Virus record (IMG/VR): IMGVR_UViG_3300046167_000554
Location: 64,001-128,000 of that record
Direction: 5' to 3' (one strand)
DNA: 64,000 nt
DNA from: a virus
Positions 32,581 through 43,048 of this stretch are shown here, one piece after another. The stretch's first letter is position 1. Each line of letters begins with the position of its first letter. The notes beneath the pieces are model-generated. The model was not told the origin of the DNA and did no database searches. It was given only the letters and a program-made list of their open reading frames with translations. The translations under genes were made by a program, and so were the position numbers.

Positions 32581-34197
32581 ATGGCAACAGTAATTCAAAT
32601 TAAAAGAAGTACAGCGTTATCAGCACCAGCAATCTCAGATTTAGCAGAAGGTGAATTAGCGTACGTACAGGATAGAGCGAATTCAGGTGCTGGAGCAAAA
32701 TTATACATCGAATCTGTAGATTCTGATAACAGTACTCCATTAATACAAGCCATCGGTGGTAAGTATTATACGGATATGTTAGCAGGTTCTTCTGCAACTC
32801 CTGCCAACTTTAAAGTTGGTAATGGTTCAACAGCAGGTGCAAGTGTACAATTAATGGAAGACTCAGACAACGGAACAAACTTTGTTGCGTTGAAAGCTGC
32901 AGATACATTAGGTGCTTCAACAACTTTCGTTCTACCAACAGCAGATGGTAGTGCAAACCAAGTCATCGGTACAGATGGTTCAGGTAACTTATCATTCTTA
33001 TCAACAACATCAACACTAGCAGGTGCAACGGATTCAGATATTTCTTCTCCAACAGGTGGACAACTACTTGTTCATGACGGAAGTAATTCTTTTGACAACG
33101 TATCAATGAGTGGTGACGTTACTATGGCATCTAGTGGTGCAGTAACAATCGGAAACGATAAAGTTACAACTGCTAAGATTCTAGACAGTAATGTAACAGT
33201 AGGAAAAATCGACTTCTTAGTAGACGAAGACAATATGGCTTCTGACTCTGCAGTCAAAGTTCCTTCTCAGCAATCTGTTAAAGCATATGTAGATTCACAA
33301 GTAACAGCACAGGACTTAGACCTTGCTGGTGATAGTGGAACTGGTGCAGTCGACTTAGACTCTCAGTCAATCACATTTACTGGTGGAACTGGTGTAACAA
33401 CTTCTGTTTCAGGTCAAGCAGCGACTTTCGCTATTGGTCAGGCAGTTGCAACAACATCTAACGTAACTTTCAACAACGTAGACGTTGATGGAACACTTAC
33501 ATCTGATGACATCACATCTACAAACATTGCAGCTTCAGGAAACTTAACTGTTTCAGGAAACTTGACAGTAAACGGAACAACAACAACAGTTAACTCTACA
33601 ACAGTAGAAATTGATGACCCTGTATTTGAAATCGGTGAAGGAACTTCAGACGATAACTTAGACAGAGGTATCAAATTCAACTGGCACAATGGTTCAGCTG
33701 CTAAAGTTGGTTTCTTTGGTTTAGACGATTCAACTGGTAAATTCACATTTATCCAAGATGCAACAGACACATCTTCAGTCTTCTCAGGAAGTGCTGGTAA
33801 TGTAGCATTTGGTGGAATAGAAGGTACTGGTCTTGCATTAAGTGGTTCAATTACATCTATCGATGGTGCAGCTCCAACAGCTGGACAGTTAATGGTTGGT
33901 AATGGTACTAACGGAGATATGGAACTTGCAACTTTAACTGCTGGTGAAGGTATTGACGTAACTAATGCAGATGGTGCTATCACTATTGCTTCTGAAGTCG
34001 GTACTGCTTCTAACCTAGGTGCTGTTATTATTGCAGCTGCTGAAGGTATGGACGTATCTTACTCAGGTGGAACTGCAACAATTAGTGCCGAAGACGCAAC
34101 TGATTCAAACAAAGGTATTGCAAGTTTTGCTTCTGCTAACTTTACAGTATCTAGTGGTGCAGTTACAGTCACTGGTATTGACGGCGGAACATTTTAA
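32581..34197 (+). CDS. Tail fibre protein with Mtd-N-like N-terminus
   Basis: IQIKRS..LAEGELAY; GNLTVNGTTTTVNST; DRGIKFNW; ends IDGGTF. Confidence 0.7.
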   Translation: MATVIQIKRSTALSAPAISDLAEGELAYVQDRANSGAGAKLYIESVDSDNSTPLIQAIGGKYYTDMLAGSSATPANFKVGNGSTAGASVQLMEDSDNGTNFVALKAADTLGASTTFVLPTADGSANQVIGTDGSGNLSFLSTTSTLAGATDSDISSPTGGQLLVHDGSNSFDNVSMSGDVTMASSGAVTIGNDKVTTAKILDSNVTVGKIDFLVDEDNMASDSAVKVPSQQSVKAYVDSQVTAQDLDLAGDSGTGAVDLDSQSITFTGGTGVTTSVSGQAATFAIGQAVATTSNVTFNNVDVDGTLTSDDITSTNIAASGNLTVSGNLTVNGTTTTVNSTTVEIDDPVFEIGEGTSDDNLDRGIKFNWHNGSAAKVGFFGLDDSTGKFTFIQDATDTSSVFSGSAGNVAFGGIEGTGLALSGSITSIDGAAPTAGQLMVGNGTNGDMELATLTAGEGIDVTNADGAITIASEVGTASNLGAVIIAAAEGMDVSYSGGTATISAEDATDSNKGIASFASANFTVSSGAVTVTGIDGGTF

Positions 34198-34222
34198 TAA
34201 CGTTTAATACTAGGAGACCATA

Positions 34223-35050
34223 ATGGCAACAGTAATTAATTTTAAAAGAAGTTCGACTCAGAATTCAGTCCCAGCTACATCCGATTTATCATTGGGTGAA
34301 GTTGCGATTAATACCTATCATGGTAGAATGTATACTGAGAAGAATGACGGGTCAGCATCGATTACAGAAATCGGTTCTAACCCTGCTTCTTTAACTGTTA
34401 ATGATGCTTTTAGTTTTCCTACATCAGATGGTAGTTCTAATCAGATTTTGCAGACAAATGGAAGTGGAACAGTATCTTGGGCTTCACAAGCTAGTTCAGG
34501 TATTGTAATATTCACATATTCTATTGGGTCTACAACAACTACAGTAACTGGGAATGACGATAGTTCAAACTCATTATTGTATAGTGCTGGTACAGAACAG
34601 GTATTCTTGAATGGTGTTAAGTTGATAGATGGTGGAACCGATTATACGGCCACTAACTCAACTACAATTACACTTGAAGAGAATGCATTATCAGGTGATG
34701 TCATCGAAGTAGTAGCAATAACAGCTGCAGCTAACCTTGTTCAAGGTTACTATACTGCAAGTAGTTATTCTGCAACGACAGCTGACCAAGTATTATCATC
34801 TAATGCAATTGCAAACAAAGGCATTAAATATGTGCTTAACGCAACTCATGCCTCAGCAGGCACACACGCTGCAGAGGTTTTATTAATTAATGATGGTTCT
34901 AGTGCATACTTCGTTCAATACGGAGATGTGTACTCTAATTCATCGTTGTTCAGTTTGACTGCTGATGTTGATTCAGGAAATATGAGACTTCTCGTAACTC
35001 CTGCCAACACCAACACGACAATTGATACGTTCCAAATTAGACATTCTTAA
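34223..35050 (+). CDS. Tail fibre protein with Mtd-N-like N-terminus
   Basis: INFKRS..LSLGEVAIN; VFLNGVKL..DYTA; C-terminal NDG..QYG domain. Confidence 0.7.
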   Translation: MATVINFKRSSTQNSVPATSDLSLGEVAINTYHGRMYTEKNDGSASITEIGSNPASLTVNDAFSFPTSDGSSNQILQTNGSGTVSWASQASSGIVIFTYSIGSTTTTVTGNDDSSNSLLYSAGTEQVFLNGVKLIDGGTDYTATNSTTITLEENALSGDVIEVVAITAAANLVQGYYTASSYSATTADQVLSSNAIANKGIKYVLNATHASAGTHAAEVLLINDGSSAYFVQYGDVYSNSSLFSLTADVDSGNMRLLVTPANTNTTIDTFQIRHS

Positions 35051-35063
35051 GGGGGATTGAACT

Positions 35064-35474
35064 ATGGCAAAATCAAATGCATTTAAAATCGCAGAGTTAA
35101 TAAGAGTCTTCTCTTACGATTCATCTGCTGATGTTATCACTACTTCTAAAGAACTAGATACTAAACATAGAACTTCAAGTTCTTTGACAACAACTGCAAC
35201 TACAGAGGTAAATTTAGATACCTTTGCTCATGCTTCATATAGAGCAGCGAGATACATTGTAGCAATGTCAAGTGGTTCGGATTTCCATTCCACAGAAATA
35301 GTATTAGTACATGACGGAAGTGCAGTGACGATGACACAGTATGGTACACTTAAATCTGCCTCTTTGGCATCATTTGATTCAGATATTTCTGGAACAGATG
35401 CGAGATTAAGAATAACTCCAGCGTCAAGCAGTTCTACAGTAATTAATATTCATAGAGTATTAGTTTCAGCGTAA
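35064..35474 (+). CDS. Fibre-associated protein (HDG..QYG domain)
   Basis: YRAARYIV..HSTEIVLVHDG..TQYG. Confidence 0.65.
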   Translation: MAKSNAFKIAELIRVFSYDSSADVITTSKELDTKHRTSSSLTTTATTEVNLDTFAHASYRAARYIVAMSSGSDFHSTEIVLVHDGSAVTMTQYGTLKSASLASFDSDISGTDARLRITPASSSSTVINIHRVLVSA

Positions 35475-35494
35475 AACTTCTTTATATTATACGG

Positions 35495-35522
35495 AAAGGG
35501 GAACTTCGGTTCCCCTTTTTTT
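35495..35522 (+). terminator. Rho-independent terminator
   Basis: AAAGGGGAAC-TTCG-GTTCCCCTTT followed by T run. Confidence 0.9.
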
Positions 35523-35542
35523 GTTCTTTATTTCTCAAATGT

Positions 35543-35550
35543 TATAAATA
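35543..35550 (+). promoter_or_regulatory. Late promoter TATAAATA
   Basis: Just after terminator, upstream of ATG 35573. Confidence 0.75.
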
Positions 35551-35572
35551 GTATAACACAAGAGATTCTTTT

Positions 35573-36410
35573 ATGGCAACAAAATCTAAATTTTATGCAG
35601 ACCTAGGATTAGAATCAGCAAGTAATTTGCAAGTTGATGGTAATGCAACCATTACAGGTGATTTAACAGTTAACGGTACAACGGTAACAGTTAATTCTTC
35701 CCCAAACTTCAGTAGCTGATTCAATGTTAGAACTTGCAAACGGCAATACATCTTCAGATACACTAGATATTGGGTTCTATGGTAATTACGATGATGGATT
35801 ATCAGACAGTGGTGCTACAGAATTTACAGGTCTATTCAGAGATGCAACAGATTCCACATGGAAATTATTTGATGGTCTTGAAGTAGAACCCTGGTTCAAC
35901 TGTTAATATAACAGGAACAGGATATGCACTTGCAGACATACTCGTAGGAGATTTAACTGCAACAACTATCACTGCAACTAATAGTATCACAGGTGCTTTC
36001 TATTGTTTTCCCAACATCAGATGGTACAAGTGGTCAGGCAATAGTCACAAATGGTTCAGGAACCCTTATCCTTTGCAACAGTATCAGGTGGTTTAGACGG
36101 TGGAACTATAACAACTACATCAACAACTGCAACTACAATGGATAGTTTTGCAATAGGAACATATAGAAGTGCAAAATATCAAGTCTCTATATCAGATTCT
36201 ACTAGTGGAGACTATCAACATACAGAAGTCTCAGTAGTTCATGACGGAACTAGTGCATACTTTACCCAATACGGAACAATAACAACAGATACAAGTGAAT
36301 TAGCTACTTTCGGAGTAGACATAAACATAAATACCCTTAGAATCAGAGTCACATCTGCCTCAGCAAATTCAACTGTATATAAATTTAAAAAAATACTTGT
36401 AGATATCTAA
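35573..36410 (+). CDS. Fibre protein broken by several indels
   Basis: MATKSKFYADLGL..GDLTVNGT; GLFRDATD; C-terminal HDG..QYG domain in successive frames. Confidence 0.6.
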
Positions 36411-36440
36411 AAAAAGTGCGTGCCGAGAGGACACACTTAT

Positions 36441-36448
36441 TATAAATA
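36441..36448 (+). promoter_or_regulatory. Late promoter TATAAATA
   Basis: Intergenic consensus. Confidence 0.7.
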
Positions 36449-36486
36449 TCTGTATAATAACACATTCTTAGACTAGGACAACGAAT

Positions 36487-36750
36487 ATGGCAACAAAAAA
36501 CACATTTGTAGTAGAGTATGGGATTACAGTTGGTTCTACCGAAATTATCACTTCTTCTGGAAAACTTGCAGCTGCAGCGATTTCAGAATTAGATACAGAC
36601 AATCTTTCGGAAGGGTCATCAAATCAATACTTTACTAACGCAAGAGCTAGTAGAACAGCTATTTCACTTGCATCAGGCGAAACAAATCTAAGTTATAACT
36701 CATCAAATGGTGAACTCAGTTTACCAGGTGTTAACGGAGGGTCATTCTAA
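36487..36750 (+). CDS. Small fibre linker protein
   Basis: TDNLSEGSSNQYFTNAR; ends NGGSF. Confidence 0.6.
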   Translation: MATKNTFVVEYGITVGSTEIITSSGKLAAAAISELDTDNLSEGSSNQYFTNARASRTAISLASGETNLSYNSSNGELSLPGVNGGSF

Positions 36751-38721
36751 TGGCAGGCGAAAAGAATTTTAATATTAAAAATGGTCTATCCGTTGGTGGT
36801 GTAGAAGTTATAACTAGTGCTGGTGCCTTTTAACAGGTACAGCAATTGTAGAATCAATTGACGATAGAGTCAATGCTCTATTAGTGGCAGGAACAGGAAT
36901 CACATTAACATATGATGATTCTGCTGGAAGTTTAACAGTATCAGGACAACAAGGTGATATCACAGGTATCGTTGCAGGTGCCTTGGTCTTACTGGTGATG
37001 CAACTTCAGGTGATGCAACATTAGCAGTTGGTGCTGGAACAGGTATTACTGTAAATGCAGATGACATTGCAATCGACCTTAAAGATGAAGATGACATGTT
37101 ATCAGACAGTGCATCTCACGCTGCATCACAGCAGTCTATCAAAGCATACGTTGATGCAAGTATCTTAACAAAAGATAATACAGACGAGATTACAGAAGGA
37201 AGTTCAAACCTCTACTTTACTGCAGAAAGAGTTGCAGATACAGTTGGTGGAATGGTCGGTTCAAATACAGAAACAGGAATTACAGTCTCATATGACGATA
37301 GTGATAACACTTTAGACTTTGTAGTTGGAACACTTAACCAAAATACAACAGGTAGTGCAGCTACTTTAACTACTCCAAGAACTATTTCAGGTACTGCATT
37401 TGATGGTTCTGCAGACATTACTTTAACGACTGCTGGAATTACAGAAAACACAAACCTATACTTCACAAACGAAAGAGTTGACGACAGAGTTAATTCTTTA
37501 ATTGTTGCTGGAACAGGACTTACATCTACATATGATGACAGTGCTGGAACACTTACACTTAACGGACAAGTTGGTGATGTGACTAGTGTAGTTGCTGGTG
37601 CTGGTTTAACAGGTGGTGGAACTTCAGGTGACGTTACTTTAGACCTAGATGCGACAGTAGCAGGTGACGGACTTGCACACTCAAGTGGTGTTCTTTCCGT
37701 AACAGTAGATGACAGTTCAATCGAAACAGATTCAGACACATTAAGAGTCAAAGCAAGTGGTGTTACTAATGCCATGTTAGCAGGTTCTATTGCAAACAGT
37801 AAACTTGCAAATGATAGTGTAACAGTTAACTCACAAGAAGTTGACTTAGGTTCTTCTATCACATTAACGACTGCAAATGTCGGTGAGAATACAAACCTTT
37901 ACTATACAGACGAAAGAGTTGACGATAGAGTTAATGCATTATTGGTTGCTGGTACTAACATAACAACATCATATGATGACAGTGCTGGAACATACACAAT
38001 TAACTCTTCAGGTAAAACACAAGAAGAAATAGAAGACATTGTAAACGGATTAGTAGTTGGTGGAACAAACATCACTTCTACATATGATGACGCTGCTGGA
38101 ACACTTACACTTGCTGGATTATCAGACAGTGCTATCCAAGGTAAAATTACTGTAACGGATGCTGGTGGAGATGGTTCACTTGCATACAGTGGTGGAACAA
38201 TTACATATACTGGCCCTAGTGCATCTGAGACAAGAGCTCATTTAAGTGCTGGAACTGGTGTAACATATTCAGGTGGTGCATTCAGTATTGGTCAGGCAGT
38301 TGCAACTTCAAGTAACGTAACGTTTGCAGACTTAGTAGTAAGTGGTAACCTAACAGTTAATGGTGCTACTTCAACAGTAAGTTCTACTAATACAACAATG
38401 ACCGACTCATTAATTGAGTTAGGAAATGGAACTACTGGTTCTCCAGCTGGAGACGCAGGTATAGTCATTGAAAGAGGTGATGAAAGTAACGTGTTTATGG
38501 GTTGGGACGACAGTGCATCAAGTTTTGCATTCGGAACAACTACTGCAACAGGTGCTTCAACTGGTGCATTAACAGTGACACCAGCAGCGGTATCCACGGG
38601 TGCATTGACAATAACAAATGCATCTAATAGTGGTGGAACTGCAAGAAATGTTTACCAATCAACATCAGCTCCTACGAGTGGTGATGGTGCGGTTGGTGAT
38701 TTATGGGTACTTTACTCCTAA
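36750..38721 (+). CDS. Long fibre protein (indels near 36830 and 36982) ending in GDLW motif
   Basis: Starts MAGEKNFNIKNGL; repeats NLYFT.ERVDDRV..L.AGT.IT.TYDDSAGT; C-term SAPTSGDGAVGDLWVLYS. Confidence 0.7.
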
Positions 38722-38772
38722 TATAGGGGTTTAGTATCTCAATAAATAACAATAATTAATGGAATAAAGTAA

Positions 38773-39870
38773 ATGGCATCAGGTTCACAAAAAGTAAAAA
38801 CACCAACAGGTTGGAATTCAACCCAAGGTGCATGGGTAAAGACAGGTTCTTCCACATGGAAAGCAGTCGACCAAATTTATGTTAAAACACCTACAGGGTG
38901 GAATGATGCATCAGGTCAAGAATTAACTCAAATACCTTATCCGTATATTGCAAATGCACAAGAACCAAACATAAGGGATGCACAACAACCTTATCCGTAT
39001 ATTGCAAATGCACAAGAACCAAACATAAGGGATGCACAACAACCATACCCTTACATTGCAAATAATCAGCAACCAAACATAAGGGATGCACAACAACCTT
39101 ATCCTTATATAGCGAACGCAAGACAACCTTCTACATATCAACATAGAAGTCCATTTACTTACAGAAACCCAAGTAATGCAAGACAACCTAGTACGTATCA
39201 ACATAGAAGTCCATTTACGTATCAAAGAACTGGTCAAACACCTTTCACATATCAATATAGAAGTCCATTTACGTATGCTAGACAAGGTCAAACACCATTT
39301 ACGTATAACTATAGGTCACCTAGTACGTATGCAAGACAGGGTCAAACACCATTTACGTATAACTTTAGGTCACCTAGTACGTATGCAAGACAAGGTCAAA
39401 CACCTTTCACATACCAGTATAGAAGTCCCTTTACATATGCAAGACAGGGTCAAACACCATTTACGTATAACTATAGGTCTCCGTTCACTTACAGGAACCC
39501 TGTATCTGCACAACAACCTACTATTAAGAATGCACAGCAACCTACTATTAAGAGTGCTCAGCAACCTAATATAAGGTCAGCACAACAACCTAATATAAGG
39601 TCAGCACAAGAACCAAATATTAGGAATGCAAGACAACCAAATAACGCACAGAATCCATTTACGTTCCAAAACCCGTTTACATTCAATGCAAGACAACCAA
39701 ACAATGCAAGACAACCAAACAATGCAAGACAACCGAATAATGCAAGACAACCAAACAATGCAAGAAGTCCAAGTATTGCTCAACAGCCAGGCTCATATAT
39801 CGCATACTTCCAACAATCATATTTCTTTACATTTGGAAGTCCAAGTCAGTTCCCTGGCGAGGAACCTTAA
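38773..39870 (+). CDS. Pro-delimited repeat protein C
   Basis: N-term VKTPTGW/WKAVDQIYVK docking-type motif then 36 units of 6/8/10 aa. Confidence 0.8.
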   Translation: MASGSQKVKTPTGWNSTQGAWVKTGSSTWKAVDQIYVKTPTGWNDASGQELTQIPYPYIANAQEPNIRDAQQPYPYIANAQEPNIRDAQQPYPYIANNQQPNIRDAQQPYPYIANARQPSTYQHRSPFTYRNPSNARQPSTYQHRSPFTYQRTGQTPFTYQYRSPFTYARQGQTPFTYNYRSPSTYARQGQTPFTYNFRSPSTYARQGQTPFTYQYRSPFTYARQGQTPFTYNYRSPFTYRNPVSAQQPTIKNAQQPTIKSAQQPNIRSAQQPNIRSAQEPNIRNARQPNNAQNPFTFQNPFTFNARQPNNARQPNNARQPNNARQPNNARSPSIAQQPGSYIAYFQQSYFFTFGSPSQFPGEEP

Positions 39871-39880
39871 GGAGTAAATT

Positions 39881-40843
39881 ATGCCAATTGGATTTAGAGT
39901 CATACCATATCACGCACATGCAAGGACTTCTGTTAATGTACAGACGCCGTTCACTTTTCAAGCACCATTCACGTTTCAGGCACCCTTTACGTTTCAGGCA
40001 CCTTTTACGTTTCAGAACCCGTTCATTGCACAAGCAAGACAACCGAATAATGCAAGACAACCTTTTACGTTTCAGAACCCATTTACGTACAATTATAGAA
40101 GTCCTTATACGTACAACCATAGGTCACCATTTACGTACCAACATAGAAGTCCTTTTACGTATCAACATAGAAGTCCTTTTACGTATCAACATAGGTCACC
40201 ATTTACGTACAGAAGTCCTGTATCTGCAAGAGAACCAAACATAAGGTCAGCACAACAACCTTATCCGTATATTGCATCTGCACAAGAACCAAACATAAGG
40301 TCGGCACAACAACCTTATCCGTATATTGCTAACAATCAACAACCTACGATTAAGAATGCACAACAACCTTATCCGTATATTGCTAACAATCAACAACCTA
40401 ATATAAGGAATGCTCAACAACCTTATCCGTATATTGCAAATGCACAAGAACCTAATATTAGGTCAGCACAGCAACCTTATCCGTATATTGCTAATGCACA
40501 AGAACCTAATATTAGAAACAATCAAGCACCATTTACATACCAAAACCCTGTAAATGGACAAGAACCTAATATTAGAAACGCTCAGACTCCGTTTACGTAT
40601 CAAAGAACTGGTCAAACACCATTTACTTACCAGTATAGAAGTCCTTCTACTTATGCAAGACAGGGTCAGACTCCGTTTACGTATCAACATAGAAGTCCGT
40701 TCACATATCAAAGAACTGGTCAGACTCCATTTACGTATCAACATAGAAGTCCATTCACGTATGCAAGACAGGGTCAAACCCCCGAAGCAAGATGGGATGG
40801 AGTTGGTTCACAACAGTGGCCTGCAACACCTATTAGTGGATAG
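39881..40843 (+). CDS. Pro-delimited repeat protein D (antiparallel complement of C)
   Basis: AGGAG RBS; 36 units mirroring C. Confidence 0.8.
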   Translation: MPIGFRVIPYHAHARTSVNVQTPFTFQAPFTFQAPFTFQAPFTFQNPFIAQARQPNNARQPFTFQNPFTYNYRSPYTYNHRSPFTYQHRSPFTYQHRSPFTYQHRSPFTYRSPVSAREPNIRSAQQPYPYIASAQEPNIRSAQQPYPYIANNQQPTIKNAQQPYPYIANNQQPNIRNAQQPYPYIANAQEPNIRSAQQPYPYIANAQEPNIRNNQAPFTYQNPVNGQEPNIRNAQTPFTYQRTGQTPFTYQYRSPSTYARQGQTPFTYQHRSPFTYQRTGQTPFTYQHRSPFTYARQGQTPEARWDGVGSQQWPATPISG

Positions 40844-40864
40844 TACTAAAGTAAAAGAAAGAAG

Positions 40865-40886
40865 AGGGACTATGTCCCTTTTTTTT
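40865..40886 (+). terminator. Rho-independent terminator
   Basis: AGGGAC-TAT-GTCCCT followed by T run. Confidence 0.75.
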
Positions 40887-40902
40887 CGTCCTAAATATAT
40901 GC

Positions 40903-42477
40903 ATGGAACATATTGAATCATTAGAAGACCTAAAACAGGTAGTAAAACCAAATCAAAACTATAGGGAAAAATCTTTCCATATTGGTAATTTCGATTTAAA
41001 AAGAGAAAAGACTGAAAAAGAAGAAGAGACTTTAAGTATGTTAGAGTACCTTTTTAATGAAATATGTCCACCATTAAAATATTTCACTTGGGGTGATTTT
41101 TTAGAACAAAGAAAGAAAGACAAATTTACGGGTTTCAATGGTTTACAGAACCAATCTTCTACCTACCACTACTTCTTACCACATGGTTATACTGCAGAGG
41201 TAAGACCCGAAAAGGTGACAAGAGGTCATGCTGGTATGGATATGAAGAATTTAGAAGGCTATATTGATATTAGAGACATTGCAAATTGGGAAGTTATTGA
41301 AGGTGGAAAGGATAAAGACCATCCACATGCATATGAAAGTCTTTCCTCAATGTATTACCATAGTGCAAAAGCACATTGGATTATACAAGACATCCAAAAG
41401 AATGGACTAATACATCCTATTCAAGGTATAACAAAGGAAAGTGGAGACAAGTTTGGATTTGCAATTCATCCAGGCTCTGTTCGTTCAGGATGTTTTGAAG
41501 AGATGGAAGACCCATCTATGGAAGTAATGATATGGGACAAACATGATGTCATTACTGGTATTGAACCAATGACATTAAATGATGCACTTGAGTTTTGGAA
41601 AAATAGATTAGAAGAACAGGATGCAGATGTATACAACGTATCCTTTATGTTCAATGAAGGTCATTTAGAGTTCCAACACGACCTATCTAATTTAAATTTC
41701 AGACCAAAGGTACATGAGTTCAATAAGAAGGTACATGAACTTTCCAAAGGTAAACCCATCAATATTTACATTGGATATGATAGTAGACACACTACATTAC
41801 CTGAAATTAATAAACATTCTATACTCACCAGTATTAAAAGGGGTCTAGGTAATGGTTGGTTTCATGACCAAGTCAGATGGGAACCTGAGATTAAGTTCCT
41901 TGACAAATCTAAAATTCCCGAGTATAATAGAGAGTATGCAAATCAATCTACTGAGTTTACATATAGTAGATTTCTAATTCCTTACCTAGAAAACTATGAA
42001 GGGTTTAGTATATTCTTAGATGATGATTTCATCTTTGAGAAAAGTATACTACCAATGTTCTATTATCTAAATCCTGATGATGCAGTTGCATGTGTAAAGT
42101 ATCCACATTACGAACATGATACAACTAAATTTGATGGAGAAGTCAACATAGATTATCCATGTAAGTTGTGGTCAAGTCTAATGGTGTTTAATAATGGACA
42201 TGAAGATTGCAAGAAACTAACACCCGAAGTTGTTAACACTTGGACTGGAAAACAGTTACATCAGTTTGAGTGGACAGATAAGATTAGTGAGATACCTCAA
42301 AAATATGTCTTTGTAGAGGGTTATGATGACCCCAAAGAGAAGTGGGATTTTACTGCAATTCACTATACAAGAGGTGGCCCATGGGTAGAAGGTATGGATT
42401 TTAGTGGTATAAATAATTTGGAACACTATAATAAGTGGTTAAACAAACATAAGAACGAGGTAATTAATAATGAATAG
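40903..42477 (+). CDS. Two-domain protein: ParB/Srx-like N-domain + GT-A (GT8-like) glycosyltransferase
   Basis: IYIGYDSR, STEFTYSRFLIPYL, FLDDDF (DxD), YPCKLWSSLMVFN, LHQFEW, IHYTRGGPW. Confidence 0.8.
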   Translation: MEHIESLEDLKQVVKPNQNYREKSFHIGNFDLKREKTEKEEETLSMLEYLFNEICPPLKYFTWGDFLEQRKKDKFTGFNGLQNQSSTYHYFLPHGYTAEVRPEKVTRGHAGMDMKNLEGYIDIRDIANWEVIEGGKDKDHPHAYESLSSMYYHSAKAHWIIQDIQKNGLIHPIQGITKESGDKFGFAIHPGSVRSGCFEEMEDPSMEVMIWDKHDVITGIEPMTLNDALEFWKNRLEEQDADVYNVSFMFNEGHLEFQHDLSNLNFRPKVHEFNKKVHELSKGKPINIYIGYDSRHTTLPEINKHSILTSIKRGLGNGWFHDQVRWEPEIKFLDKSKIPEYNREYANQSTEFTYSRFLIPYLENYEGFSIFLDDDFIFEKSILPMFYYLNPDDAVACVKYPHYEHDTTKFDGEVNIDYPCKLWSSLMVFNNGHEDCKKLTPEVVNTWTGKQLHQFEWTDKISEIPQKYVFVEGYDDPKEKWDFTAIHYTRGGPWVEGMDFSGINNLEHYNKWLNKHKNEVINNE

Positions 42478-43027
42478 TTTAGTATATACAGAAGAGAGTA
42501 AGTTAATAGTTGAAAAACCTAATGGGTTAAAGTATGAATTTGATAATGTTGATGCTCCTGATTTAGGATTTGAGTATGATATGGTTGTCTATGATGACAT
42601 AGAAGTCAAAGTTTTAAAGTGGGATGATGAGAAGGGTGACTTCAATTCACAAGATAAGATACCATTAACAAACGAAGAGAAGGATGCAATTGAAACTTAC
42701 ATTGCAAACTCTGAACCACCTATTGGATGGAACCTGAACAATCAATATCTACAACAAATAAATGAAATTTGTCATCAATATGTTGATGATTGTTCTGAAA
42801 AGTATGGTTTTCAAAATCATATAGAGTGTACATATGTAGGAAGAGAGGGGTCAGCACATCCTTACAGAAGTAATGCAAAACGTGTACTAGAATATGCAGA
42901 TGCAGTATGGTGTATCTATGTACAGATTGCAGATGAAATTCAATCTACAAGAGAAGATTTATTAAAATCTATAGATGAATACCTTCAAGTTTTACCCGAA
43001 GCACAACAAGCTAGCTCCCGATTCTAG
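42470..43027 (+). CDS. Hypothetical, possibly fibre assembly chaperone
   Basis: Acidic 185 aa; TATAAATA at 42408-42415 upstream; YADAVW motif. Confidence 0.45.
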   Translation: MNSLVYTEESKLIVEKPNGLKYEFDNVDAPDLGFEYDMVVYDDIEVKVLKWDDEKGDFNSQDKIPLTNEEKDAIETYIANSEPPIGWNLNNQYLQQINEICHQYVDDCSEKYGFQNHIECTYVGREGSAHPYRSNAKRVLEYADAVWCIYVQIADEIQSTREDLLKSIDEYLQVLPEAQQASSRF

Positions 43028-43048
43028 ACAACAGTAAAAAGGTTTTCA

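Noticed and set aside
32581-35050. Diversity-generating retroelement suggested by Mtd-N-like domains
   Set aside because: No reverse transcriptase or template/variable repeat pair seen in the window
38930-40790. CRISPR array or DNA inverted repeat
   Set aside because: Repeats are in-frame coding units with synonymous variation and no unique spacers; the reverse complement of C units does not match D DNA
29706-40843. Multi-core RiPP precursor peptides
   Set aside because: No leader, protease or transporter; structural context and mirrored order between partners fit a fibre better
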